Origin: Bdellovibrionota bacterium FG-2 | GTDB taxonomy: Bacteria > Bdellovibrionota > UBA1018 | Assembly (NCBI GenBank): GCA_051382305.1 | Contig: JBBCAV010000228.1 | Location: 1-21,885 of the forward strand | Length of the DNA stretch: 21,885 bases | Direction of reading: 5' to 3' | Shown: positions 1 through 8,530 of the stretch, piece by piece | Layout: each line of letters opens with the position of its first letter | How positions within the stretch are numbered: the stretch's first letter is position 1 | Translations under genes and position numbers: made by a program | Notes under the pieces: model-generated | Databases searched by the model: none | Seen by the model: only the letters and a program-made list of their open reading frames with translations | Told to the model about the DNA's origin: nothing

Positions 1-2
1 AA

Positions 3-68
3 GAACTAGATGAAAAGTTGAAAAAGTCGATTTTAGAAGCACCATGGACTAAGGTGTCAAAAACTTAA
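3..68 (+). CDS. 3' end of an upstream ORF (partial, unknown product)
   Basis: Frame 3 is open from the window edge (ELDEKLKKSILEAPWTKVSKT) to TAA at 66-68. No homology recognised. Confidence 0.35.
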   Translation, partial: ELDEKLKKSILEAPWTKVSKT

Positions 69-122
69 GCAACTGAAATACTAGAACAATCAGATCGAAA
101 ACTTGCGCGTTCTAAGTGCGGA

Positions 123-431
123 ATGTAGGCTCACATTAAAGGTTTTCTGGATATTGCTGTTCTCAAGGTTCTTGAGAAGGGCGAAATGCATGGGTATTCT
201 ATCGTCAACGAGCTAAAGTCTCGTGCCGAAGGAAATCTTGGGGTCGGCGAAGGCACGGTTTACCCTCTACTAATCAAGCTTGAAGCCAAAGGCTTGGTTC
301 GGAGTCGCTGGGATAAGCGACGTCGATATTATGTCCTGACACCCGCAGGAAAGAAGGCGCTAGTTCAAAAAACCAAAGAATGGTTCTTCTTTCAGAACGC
401 ACTATCATCCCTTCTGGAGCCATCGTCATGA
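123..431 (+). CDS. PadR-family transcriptional regulator (N-terminus interrupted by an in-frame TAG at codon 2)
   Basis: Motifs HGYSIVNEL, GEGTVYPLLIKLEAKGLV and RRRYYVLTPAGK are typical of PadR winged-HTH proteins. The frame continues upstream of 186 as IKGFLDIAVLKVLEKGE (PadR helix 1) back to ATG 123, which is followed directly by TAG 126-128. Confidence 0.85.
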
Positions 432-1331
432 CATCAACGGAAAAGCAGTATTTTAGCGAAATCCGTTCAAGCCTCACCTGCTCTTGGTTGCTCAAATGTG
501 CTGTGATTCGAGAACTTCGATCGCACTATGAAGACGCGAAAACCGAAGATCAGCGCAAATCCCCGCAGGAAGTTTTGGGGGACCCCGCTTATCTCGCTTT
601 TTCAATATAGCGAGGCCATGAAACCTGAGAATCGCGTCCGTCGCTTTATAATTGCATTGCCGATCATAGCTGCGCTCACTCTCTCAATGTTTTGGACGAT
701 CAATCATCTGCCCGTACTGGAGTTGCCTTTGGGGCAATTCTCTCATTTGGAGTTAAGTGATATGACCTGGGTGCAAGCGCCGATTGCTATATCCAAATCT
801 GAGCTCATGGGTTGTGCAAAAAGTATTGGCGACGGAGGATGGTCTCATTCGCTTTTTGGAATCAATAACGAGATTTCAAGAAGGTTCGAAAAGGTTGGGG
901 CTGCAATGAGCTTTCCAAAACCGGTGATGCAACGGCTTGAATCCACGATCGCGCAAAATCTTTCCGCATTTGCCTTTCGTTGCGAAGGCCCGGGCAGTTG
1001 TTTTTATCAGGTGGGGACGCGAAGCGGTCATTGGGGCGATTCCATTCAAGCACCAAATAATGATGCCAATCGATATCTGCTGCTCACGATTAGGAACGTC
1101 AACGAAGAGAAGTCTGATCAAAACAGAGCGTACCTGACAGCAGAGGTGTTGGAGTCCACTGGAGTAGTCCAGCGAGAATGCAAAACCTGGGCGCTTTCCG
1201 ATTGGAACGGTTTTGCTTTCCAGCTGATTATTCTCATTTTGGGAATAGCCGGAACCGGAGTGCTCTGGCTGGGCTATCAACTTGCAAACGGGCTGAAAGT
1301 GTTGCGAATTCGTAAACAACTTGTTTTATGA
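428..1331 (+). pseudogene. HAAS/permease-prefix-like membrane protein, PadR partner, split by a +1 frameshift
   Basis: ATG 428 overlaps the PadR stop (ATGA). The N-terminus YFSEIRSSL...ELRSHYED...EVLGDPAYLA resembles the HAAS-type domain found downstream of PadR genes. Removing one T from the T5 run at 598-602 joins it to FQYSEAMKPEN..., which has two TM segments. Confidence 0.7.
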
Positions 1332-1715
1332 ACCCACAGTCACTCTCAGATCCGTAAAAGCCGCGAGGGATGAAAAATCCCGATCGGCGTGCCAAACTGT
1401 CAAACGATGACGAAGGGCGATCGCCGCAATCAAGCAATCAGTAGAAGATCTGATGGTCAACCATCTTCGTCTTCCTGATCGATACAGTTCGGATGCTTCT
1501 AGATAGAGCTCTGTCGTGGGAGGATCTTCAAAACGGGGAAGAGCCAGCAAACCATCCATGATTCTTTGATGCGCTTTTTCGTTTTTGATCCCCTGCAGAA
1601 CTTCTTGAATCACAGGGGAACAAGTGGCGAGATCCAACATACGCTCAGGCGCTAGCGAGTGCCGCTTGGCTGAACCCAAGAGATCGACCCAAACCGAGGT
1701 ATCGACGAGGATCAT
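1326..1715 (-). CDS. vapC: PIN-domain ribonuclease toxin (VapC family)
   Basis: MILVDTSVW, QEVLQG, DCLIAAIA and HADRDF acidic PIN motifs. Start overlaps the stop of the upstream antitoxin gene. Confidence 0.93.
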   Translation of the reverse strand: MILVDTSVWVDLLGSAKRHSLAPERMLDLATCSPVIQEVLQGIKNEKAHQRIMDGLLALPRFEDPPTTELYLEASELYRSGRRRWLTIRSSTDCLIAAIALRHRLTVWHADRDFSSLAAFTDLRVTVGS

Positions 1716-1912
1716 GACTTACGTCGCCGCGCCCGAGAACCCGAAAGAGAAGCCGAACGATCTTCCCGCATTTCCTTCAAATCCCCTTCCCTCACGCCCT
1801 TCCCGAAAAATCCGGCGAGATCCCGGATCTTGGCAGTGCGAATGGCTTCAGCGAGCACCTGTGTGGCGGCTTTGAGCAAATCCTCATCAAGCACAAGATT
1901 TGTACGTTTCAT
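1712..1912 (-). CDS. vapB: VapB-family antitoxin (RHH type, possibly internally deleted)
   Basis: MKRTNLVLDEDLL N-terminal beta-strand/helix, GDLKEMREDR C-terminal motif, ATGA overlap with vapC. Confidence 0.85.
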   Translation of the reverse strand: MKRTNLVLDEDLLKAATQVLAEAIRTAKIRDLAGFFGKGVREGDLKEMREDRSASLSGSRARRRKS

Positions 1913-1975
1913 GTGTATAGTACGTCGTAAGGGGCCCCAAAGGTCAACCCCTCTGCCCAGGGCCGAAACCGTGTC

Positions 1976-3154
1976 CTAAACGTAATCCCCGCGCTTAATC
2001 TTCTCCAAAATAATTTTCTCAGGCATGATCGGATCGCGAGGATCAACAGTAAAATACGCTTGCTGCTCACAACGACGCTTATGGGTCAGCAACCACTTCA
2101 AAATTGCTGCGAGTCCCTTGTTTTTTTTGTCTTTGAAAAAGGGATCATTAGCCAGAGCATCGGACGCCTTTTTTAGCGCCCGCACTTCTTGCGCGTCGGT
2201 TTCTTTTACGGGGTAATCCGCCAAATCATACTTTTTGATATCCTCGGGCAACACGCCTAAGAACTTCACATCCGGCGCACTAAAATCCGAATTGCGGATC
2301 AAACTCGAAGCCGAACCAGCCTTGAGCGTTCTAAAAATATTCTGCATGGTGTACGCGTCGAGATCCCCCCAAAAAAAGAGCGGGATCTTCAGCTGATCTT
2401 GAATCGTTTTGCTCCAGGCGCGCACGGCGTTCGAAGGAACGCCCCCCGAACCAATCAAAATGCAGTTGTTTCTCTTAGTAAATCCGTTCACGACCAGCGT
2501 GTTGGCCGTACCTTCGGATTCCACAATAATGGCAAATTCAATTTTCTTCTTCGCCGTCAACTTAAGCTTCTGGGGCCTGTTCTTTGGCTGAAACGGCGAC
2601 GTCCCCATTTTGGACAAATCAATGACGGCTTTTTCGCCATCCGACATCGTCTCGGTCACGATCAAATGTTGAGAATACGTCTGCCCGCCCCGGTCATTGG
2701 CATAGCAATTAAACTCCTCGCGATAACACTCCAGCATCTCACAGATAAAATCGATAATTTCGTCTGACTCATCTTGCGAACCAAAATCCAAAGGCTTGAG
2801 ACTCGGATTATGCTTAATTTCGCCCTTTGACATATAGTAAAGCTCGCGCTTCGTATTGACCGCGCCGGTTTCAATATTCCGAAGCAGAATCTCGAGCAAA
2901 AAAATCGCACGTGACATCTTCTTCACCGAACTCACATTCAGTTCGGTCGCTACTTTTTTGGGACCCGGAGTGAGGTAACCCACCTTAAAATCGTACCGCG
3001 AGTTATCCAGTGAGCATTTAGTTGCTTTGAGCACCGGACGTTTTGCCTTCTCAAGATCCGCAAGAAGCTGGCTGCACATCTCACGACTTAAATTTGGAAT
3101 GCTGTCTTCTGACTTGTTCGACTTCCCCGACCTTGATGATTCTAGAGCTGACAT
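1976..3154 (-). CDS. top6A: DNA topoisomerase VI subunit A (Spo11-like)
   Basis: WHD catalytic motif TKRELYY, TOPRIM motifs IVESEG and GDLDAY, C-terminal CEQQA. Lies 5 nt downstream of top6B. Confidence 0.95.
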   Translation of the reverse strand: MSALESSRSGKSNKSEDSIPNLSREMCSQLLADLEKAKRPVLKATKCSLDNSRYDFKVGYLTPGPKKVATELNVSSVKKMSRAIFLLEILLRNIETGAVNTKRELYYMSKGEIKHNPSLKPLDFGSQDESDEIIDFICEMLECYREEFNCYANDRGGQTYSQHLIVTETMSDGEKAVIDLSKMGTSPFQPKNRPQKLKLTAKKKIEFAIIVESEGTANTLVVNGFTKRNNCILIGSGGVPSNAVRAWSKTIQDQLKIPLFFWGDLDAYTMQNIFRTLKAGSASSLIRNSDFSAPDVKFLGVLPEDIKKYDLADYPVKETDAQEVRALKKASDALANDPFFKDKKNKGLAAILKWLLTHKRRCEQQAYFTVDPRDPIMPEKIILEKIKRGDYV

Positions 3155-3159
3155 AAAAA

Positions 3160-4935
3160 TTATTTCCCCTTAGCCTTTGCTACGGCTTTTTTCTTCGATC
3201 CCTTTTTAACCTTCGTAGCTTTAGCCGGCTTCTCGCGTTCCAAGTCCTCTGGCAAGTCCTCTAAATCATCAGAACCGGCCACTGGCGGCAGCGGCAGCTC
3301 CGGAAGTTCCACGACCCGAGCCGCTTCAAGAATCGCATGCGCTTTATTGAGCTCCTGCTGAGTGGCATTCGCATCGCGCCCGAGCAGCTTCATCAAACCC
3401 TCTTCCGCACGCTTTTTACGAGCATCAGTGGCTGAAGTGATACGACACAAAACATCAACTAGGATTGGACCAAACTGCTCAATATGCCTGATCTTCTCTT
3501 CCAACTCGTTGGCCTTATCCTCGCGCCGAATATGTTTTGAGAGCCGCTGGCCAGCTTGAATGAGCGCCCGTCTAATTTCTTCTACGAGCTCGTCGGAACC
3601 ATCGATTGTTTCTTTAGACGCGTTCTTAAATTTAATAAACGGTGAGACAACGCTCACAGCCATAATATAGGGCCCGATAGGCAGAGCATCTTTGGGTTGC
3701 CCTAGTCCATAGGCGCGCCAATTAACCGACTCAATGGCGTGTACGATGGCACAAGCAGATTTATCAAACTGCAAGGGAACCCGATTAGCAAACCGCAAAA
3801 CTTGAATACTCGATTCATGCTCTAACGCCTTATCTTCAAGCCGCGCGACCGCCACTTCAATTTGAACGGGTTTGAAATCACAAATCGTGGGCTTGCGCGA
3901 AACAACCGCAAAAAAATCCACGGCGCCGAGTCGCTTAATACTTTTCGCCAAAGTCTCTTCGCCCACCGAAAGAACGGATTTTGTCGAAGGAGCCATGAGC
4001 TTCAAATTCTGAATCGCAATGAAAAGCTCCTTAAATTCGGTATCTCCGATTGAATCAACGGATTTTTCCAAAATATTTCTTTTAATCCCGGCCTTCACAA
4101 GGTCATTCAAAACTCCTTCGTGAATCCGCGAAAAGCCTTTTTTGAGCCATGCCTCGATTTTAACGCGCCCGAAAAGATGAGAATGCGCAATAAACTCCCC
4201 AAGCTTCATCGTATGGGGATGGGGGGCGGTCGCGTCGGGTAACTCCGGAATCGCCTCACTCACGCGCTCAATGGTGTGGGGTTCAAGCTCAGGCAATTTG
4301 TGATGAAGCGTGAGATGAGGATTCACCAGCGCAGTGCCGTTCAAGTAATTAAGCAAGCCCGCATCGCCATTAAGTTGAACACGTCCGTCGACTAGGAACT
4401 CTACCGAGGTGCCATGCGGTTTGTTCCAATCAATCGTCTCTTTGGACTTCAATTGCCCCCGATTATTCTTGATATCAACCTCTACCAAACAAGACATGGC
4501 CTTACGCATCGATTCTGTCTTCGTAATGACGCGTGCCCCTACGGCACTGGTCAACTGCGCCCAAGTCGTGGCAGCAGAAATCCCGATCCCCTGTTGCCCG
4601 CGTGAGCATCGACCCTTCCCAAATTTTGAGGAGGCCAAGTATTCACCGAAAACTTTGGGAACATCCTCGACTTCAATACCCGGGCCATTGTCTTCAACTC
4701 GAATTCGAATCTGATCGGCGTTTTTCAAAGAACCCGGGCCAACTTTCTCAATAAAAACTGAAACCTCGGGAAGAATGCCCGCCTCTTCGCAAGCATCCAG
4801 CGAATTATCGACCGACTCTTTAAGAGTCGTCAAGACCGCTTTGGTTTGGGAAGAGAAACCTACTTGCTGCAGGTTCTTTGAAAAATATTCGGCCGTACTA
4901 CTCGAGGTAATTTTTGCGTTTGCCTTACTTGCCAT
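3160..4935 (-). CDS. top6B: DNA topoisomerase VI subunit B
   Basis: GHKL motifs KESVDNSLDACEE, EDNGPGI, SRGQQGIGIS and HGTSV; PHPH; RFANRVPL; WRAYGL transducer motif; ASKETI. Confidence 0.96.
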   Translation of the reverse strand: MASKANAKITSSSTAEYFSKNLQQVGFSSQTKAVLTTLKESVDNSLDACEEAGILPEVSVFIEKVGPGSLKNADQIRIRVEDNGPGIEVEDVPKVFGEYLASSKFGKGRCSRGQQGIGISAATTWAQLTSAVGARVITKTESMRKAMSCLVEVDIKNNRGQLKSKETIDWNKPHGTSVEFLVDGRVQLNGDAGLLNYLNGTALVNPHLTLHHKLPELEPHTIERVSEAIPELPDATAPHPHTMKLGEFIAHSHLFGRVKIEAWLKKGFSRIHEGVLNDLVKAGIKRNILEKSVDSIGDTEFKELFIAIQNLKLMAPSTKSVLSVGEETLAKSIKRLGAVDFFAVVSRKPTICDFKPVQIEVAVARLEDKALEHESSIQVLRFANRVPLQFDKSACAIVHAIESVNWRAYGLGQPKDALPIGPYIMAVSVVSPFIKFKNASKETIDGSDELVEEIRRALIQAGQRLSKHIRREDKANELEEKIRHIEQFGPILVDVLCRITSATDARKKRAEEGLMKLLGRDANATQQELNKAHAILEAARVVELPELPLPPVAGSDDLEDLPEDLEREKPAKATKVKKGSKKKAVAKAKGK

Positions 4936-4942
4936 GTGGGTG

Positions 4943-4972
4943 ATTCAAACAGAGAAGGGGGGAGGATGTCAA
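4943..4972 (-). promoter_or_regulatory. Candidate sigma-70 promoter for top6B (near-leaderless)
   Basis: Minus strand TTGACA (4972-4967)-N18-TTGAAT (4948-4943, preceded by TGn), then 7 nt to ATG. No Shine-Dalgarno. The -10 match is imperfect. Confidence 0.4.
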
Positions 4973-6006
4973 TGCACGTCCGAAGGAGATTGATCAGGAC
5001 CCAAAAGAATTTCCAGCGTCACGACAAAAAGCGCCGCAACAATGGGGCCCAAAAAAATGCCCATAAAGCCTAAAGTCTGTATCCCCCCCAAGGCCGCAAC
5101 AAATGCCAACATCGGGTGAAGATTCGCTGAGCCTCGCAAAAACATCGGACGAATCAAATTATCAATCGCTGCTATCAAAAACGAGGCAATCAGAAGTGCC
5201 ACTGCTGCCCCAGTCCGCCCCTCAATGAACTGTTGAATGGCGACGCCCAAGGTGACCGGAGCGCTCCCTACCACTGGAATAAACGAAGAAACAAAAACCA
5301 GGAGCGCAATCAAGAAAACATTAGGGGTAGCGGAAGACACACAAACGATCACTTCCAAAACAGCCTGAACGGCACCGGAAACGATAGAAGCCAAAATCAC
5401 AGATCGACAAGTTCCCGCCAATACATCAAGTAAACGCTCCGTTTCTCGCGCGCTGAAAACTGAATTGCTCCGGAAAAAACTCACAAGCCTCGGACCATCC
5501 GCGAGAAAAAAATAAAGACTAACGACCATCACCGCAAACCCCATGGCCATCCCAGGAAGCTGAGTCACAAGTCCGCCCAACAGATCCGCAAGTTTGATCC
5601 CAACACTTCGAGTCAAATCCTGCGTTGTTTCAATAAGACTCTGTCGATCTACCGGTAGCCAGGCGCTCGAAAGTTCAATCATATGATGAACTCGAGGCGT
5701 ATTCATCAAGGCTTCAACCCAACTTCCTCCAGTTTTGGGTGCGTCTTTCCAGGCTTGCAGCTCATGGACACCCGATTTTGCCCCAAAAAACACTAACGAC
5801 GCGCTGGGGAAAAGTACCACCAAAGTAATTCCAGAAGTCAAAAACGCCGCGCCTGTGGAGCGGGAAACCTTGAAGCGCGACATCCACTCAAGGGCCGGAA
5901 GGAGAAGAGCCGCAAGCACTGCCCCCATTACGACAGGGATGAGCAGCGGCGAGCCCACGTAAAGAAAAAGACAAAGCACGACTATTGCAAAAAGCTTTCG
6001 TTGCAT
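4969..6006 (-). CDS. AI-2E family transporter (PerM/YdiK-like)
   Basis: About 8 hydrophobic segments, with motifs LYFFLADG, SFIPVVGS, IDNLIRP, LHP and GFMGIFLGP. Confidence 0.92.
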   Translation of the reverse strand: MQRKLFAIVVLCLFLYVGSPLLIPVVMGAVLAALLLPALEWMSRFKVSRSTGAAFLTSGITLVVLFPSASLVFFGAKSGVHELQAWKDAPKTGGSWVEALMNTPRVHHMIELSSAWLPVDRQSLIETTQDLTRSVGIKLADLLGGLVTQLPGMAMGFAVMVVSLYFFLADGPRLVSFFRSNSVFSARETERLLDVLAGTCRSVILASIVSGAVQAVLEVIVCVSSATPNVFLIALLVFVSSFIPVVGSAPVTLGVAIQQFIEGRTGAAVALLIASFLIAAIDNLIRPMFLRGSANLHPMLAFVAALGGIQTLGFMGIFLGPIVAALFVVTLEILLGPDQSPSDVH

Positions 6007-6015
6007 CGGAAATCT

Positions 6016-6044
6016 ATCCTAGCTTAGGGACCCCGCCCAAACAA
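6016..6044 (-). promoter_or_regulatory. Candidate sigma-70 promoter for the AI-2E gene
   Basis: Minus strand TTGTTT-N17-TAGGAT, ending 9 nt before ATG 6006. Confidence 0.4.
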
Positions 6045-6053
6045 GACTTGAGA

Positions 6054-6083
6054 TTGACCAACACCCGAGAACGGGGTTAGTCT
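6054..6083 (+). promoter_or_regulatory. Candidate sigma-70 promoter for ORF 6127
   Basis: TTGACC-N18-TAGTCT, with a GGAGGG ribosome-binding site just before ATG 6127. Confidence 0.4.
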
Positions 6084-6126
6084 AAATGCACGTGGTTGGC
6101 TTTTTCGGAAAGATGGAGGGATAAGA

Positions 6127-6771
6127 ATGTTTTCAAAATATCACTATTTAGGGTGTGTTTTTCTTTTTATTCTTTGCATCACACCCCTTCAACTCAGCGC
6201 AGATAACGCTCCCCCCCAAGGGGATGAAACCATTATGGCGCACATTACCACTTCGTATCCGGAAAACTACTCGGGTCAGATTTCGGTTCAATGGGAGCCC
6301 GCAGGCTTCGAAGAGTCGGCAAAAAGTCGGATCGCGAAATTTATTTTTTCGGATAACCGAAATACCCGAATTGTCTATTCCCCTCAAGACCTCAGGAAAG
6401 GCGTCGTTTTAGTGCATACGCTCGGGAAGGATCTCCTTTTTATCAGAGGTACGAGCTTCTCCGCCGAATATGGCGGGCCTATGGTACTTACCTTCTCAAA
6501 AAACTTCTTTTCTAGCGACCAACGTCAACTGACTTTCGATTATGTCGATACGAGTTCCCAAGAGCCGGACACGTCTCCGCATTGGGCCCTCCAAACGGAT
6601 GACTCTGATGGCCACGATCCTTTTGACTCGCTTCACATCCAGGTTTACAAAAAAGTCGGCGTTCCAAGCGGAGTCCTAAAAATTCAACTTATTGACCGTG
6701 GAAGCCTTATTCGATATTATGATCCAAAAAGCTTACCAAAAGCGCCTGGTAAAAGGTCGTCAAAACATTGA
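6127..6771 (+). CDS. Exported hypothetical protein
   Basis: 214-aa ORF, good RBS, N-terminal signal peptide (LGCVFLFILCITPLQLSA-D). No recognised domain. Confidence 0.75.
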   Translation: MFSKYHYLGCVFLFILCITPLQLSADNAPPQGDETIMAHITTSYPENYSGQISVQWEPAGFEESAKSRIAKFIFSDNRNTRIVYSPQDLRKGVVLVHTLGKDLLFIRGTSFSAEYGGPMVLTFSKNFFSSDQRQLTFDYVDTSSQEPDTSPHWALQTDDSDGHDPFDSLHIQVYKKVGVPSGVLKIQLIDRGSLIRYYDPKSLPKAPGKRSSKH

Positions 6772-6843
6772 CCCCAAAACCTTAAGCTTCGGGATTGTGT
6801 CGGAAAACGGCTATGCTACACTTCACAAAAGGACGAAAACCCT

Positions 6844-8220
6844 ATGGCCCGACCTACCCCTATCGATCAAGAAAGCTCTTACTCGCTTGATGAACTTTTT
6901 TTTTCGCGCACCGATCCGCGGGGCATTATCATTTCAGGGAACGAAGTTTTCGTCCGGGTCAGCAAACACTCCAAAGAGTCCCTCGTTGGAAGTCCTCATA
7001 ATATTATCCGCCACCCCGACGTGCCTAAGACCGTCTTCTTCTTGCTATGGAAAACGATTCAGGCCGGACGCCCTCTTTGCGCGTATGTAAAAAACATGGC
7101 AGCCGATGGCTCCTATTATTGGGTATTTGCCACCATTTTCCCTATCGAAGAGGGCTTTCTTTCGATTCGGATCAAACAAAGCACCGCGCTTTTTGAAAAG
7201 ATCCCCCCGCTCTACAAACAAATCCTTGAAAAAGAACGCTCTGGCGGCGTCGAAGCTGGGGTCAAGTTTCTCAACGAAACCCTAAACACATTGGGCTTCA
7301 AAGATTACGAGGCCTTTTCAAGGGCTGCACTTTTGGCCGAAGTCTATTCTCATTCGAGTCATGCGACGAACAACCTTTCTGTTCCCGCCCTAAAAGAGGA
7401 AGCAAAAAACCAAGAAACTTCCCAACTCACGCAAAGCCTGACTCTGTGCCAAGAATGCGTAAAAGAAAACCTTCGCGCCCTCCAGAATCTTCAAAGTCTT
7501 TCGAAAACCAACCAGGTGGCCGCAGAAAAATCAGCCTTTATCGGCGGCATTCTCAAATCCCTTGATCTTTTAACGGTCAATATGACGACCGCTGCCAAGC
7601 GAATTGGGGCCGCCGGACTCACCCTGGTTGCGGTTGCAGATGCCATTCAAAAGTCTGCCGCTGAGTTTAAGGCAGATCTTTCTTCGTTCAAACAAAGTAC
7701 AGAGCAAGTTCAAAACCTTATTTCCTCTTCGGAGTTTCGAATTGCGGCCACACAAATTCAGGTCGAGATGATCGCCTTTTATTTGCGTGAAAATCTCACG
7801 ACCTTAAATTCCGGTCAAACGGCCGCCGCTGGAGAAATCGAAGACCGCAGACAAAATCTCGTCCTCCTTCTTCTCATTTCCTCCGAATATGTTACTCACT
7901 TGCTTGAAGGGACGGGCAATCTCCAAAAACTACTTAGTCGCCTTAACTCTGATGTCGACTCTCTACGAGCCACCGTGAATAGTTTTGAGCTTATTCGCAA
8001 GGCGGGAACCATTGAGGCCGCCCAACTTCATGACGGGGGCGTTGAATTCAAAACTCATTTTTCCGACATCGATAAACTTGTCAAGAACACGGCATCGCAG
8101 CTGGCCGCCTTTTCTGAATCCCTCAACCAGTCGCTCTATGCCGTCTCGCAAATTATTCCAGCGACTCGAACCGTGAGCAATGCGCTGTTTCGCGCCCGAA
8201 AAATCATGAACGTCCAATGA
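6844..8220 (+). CDS. Soluble Aer/CetB-type PAS sensor with degenerate chemoreceptor-like helical region
   Basis: FFSRTDPRGIIISGN, PHNIIRHPDVP, LWKTIQAG and YVKNMAADGSYYWV match the Aer-type FAD-binding PAS domain. The C-terminus is helical with no clear TM segment. Confidence 0.85.
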   Translation: MARPTPIDQESSYSLDELFFSRTDPRGIIISGNEVFVRVSKHSKESLVGSPHNIIRHPDVPKTVFFLLWKTIQAGRPLCAYVKNMAADGSYYWVFATIFPIEEGFLSIRIKQSTALFEKIPPLYKQILEKERSGGVEAGVKFLNETLNTLGFKDYEAFSRAALLAEVYSHSSHATNNLSVPALKEEAKNQETSQLTQSLTLCQECVKENLRALQNLQSLSKTNQVAAEKSAFIGGILKSLDLLTVNMTTAAKRIGAAGLTLVAVADAIQKSAAEFKADLSSFKQSTEQVQNLISSSEFRIAATQIQVEMIAFYLRENLTTLNSGQTAAAGEIEDRRQNLVLLLLISSEYVTHLLEGTGNLQKLLSRLNSDVDSLRATVNSFELIRKAGTIEAAQLHDGGVEFKTHFSDIDKLVKNTASQLAAFSESLNQSLYAVSQIIPATRTVSNALFRARKIMNVQ

Positions 8221-8239
8221 ACCGGAAAAAAAGAAACCT

Positions 8240-8530
8240 ATGACCAAGCCCAACCAAAGAAAATCCATACGATTCAGTCCCGATCCTGGAACGCTGGCTC
8301 AAATTGAAATTCCACTTAAGGACGGGGCTTTTGCGCCTAAAGACGTGGGCCTAGTTCTCAATGAATCCAACCGGGGCTGCGCCGTTGTCGTGACTCGAAA
8401 AAGCTTCTTGAAGGCCGGAGAGCTCTGGCGGATTAAAATCGGTCATCTCGAGCCGCTAAAAGCCCAAATCAAGTGGGTGACGGAACTCGATATGGACGTT
8501 CAAAAAGTCGGTCTACAATACCTCGAGTAA
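8240..8530 (+). CDS. Stand-alone PilZ domain protein
   Basis: RKSIR (RxxxR) and NESNRG (D/NxSxxG) c-di-GMP-binding motifs, plus beta-barrel pattern LKAQIKWV...VGLQY. Confidence 0.8.
   Translation: MTKPNQRKSIRFSPDPGTLAQIEIPLKDGAFAPKDVGLVLNESNRGCAVVVTRKSFLKAGELWRIKIGHLEPLKAQIKWVTELDMDVQKVGLQYLE

Noticed and set aside
123-128. Amber (TAG) recoding suggested by ATG-TAG at the PadR start
   Set aside because: TAG terminates top6A, the nitroreductase, the methyltransferase and the metalloprotease at expected lengths, and the other internal stop (16321) is TAA. A point mutation or read error is simpler.
1976-4935. Defence-system reading (Wadjet JetD, or MksG-like TOPRIM nuclease)
   Set aside because: A full Top6B partner is adjacent and no SMC/kleisin genes are present, so this is a genuine Topo VI.
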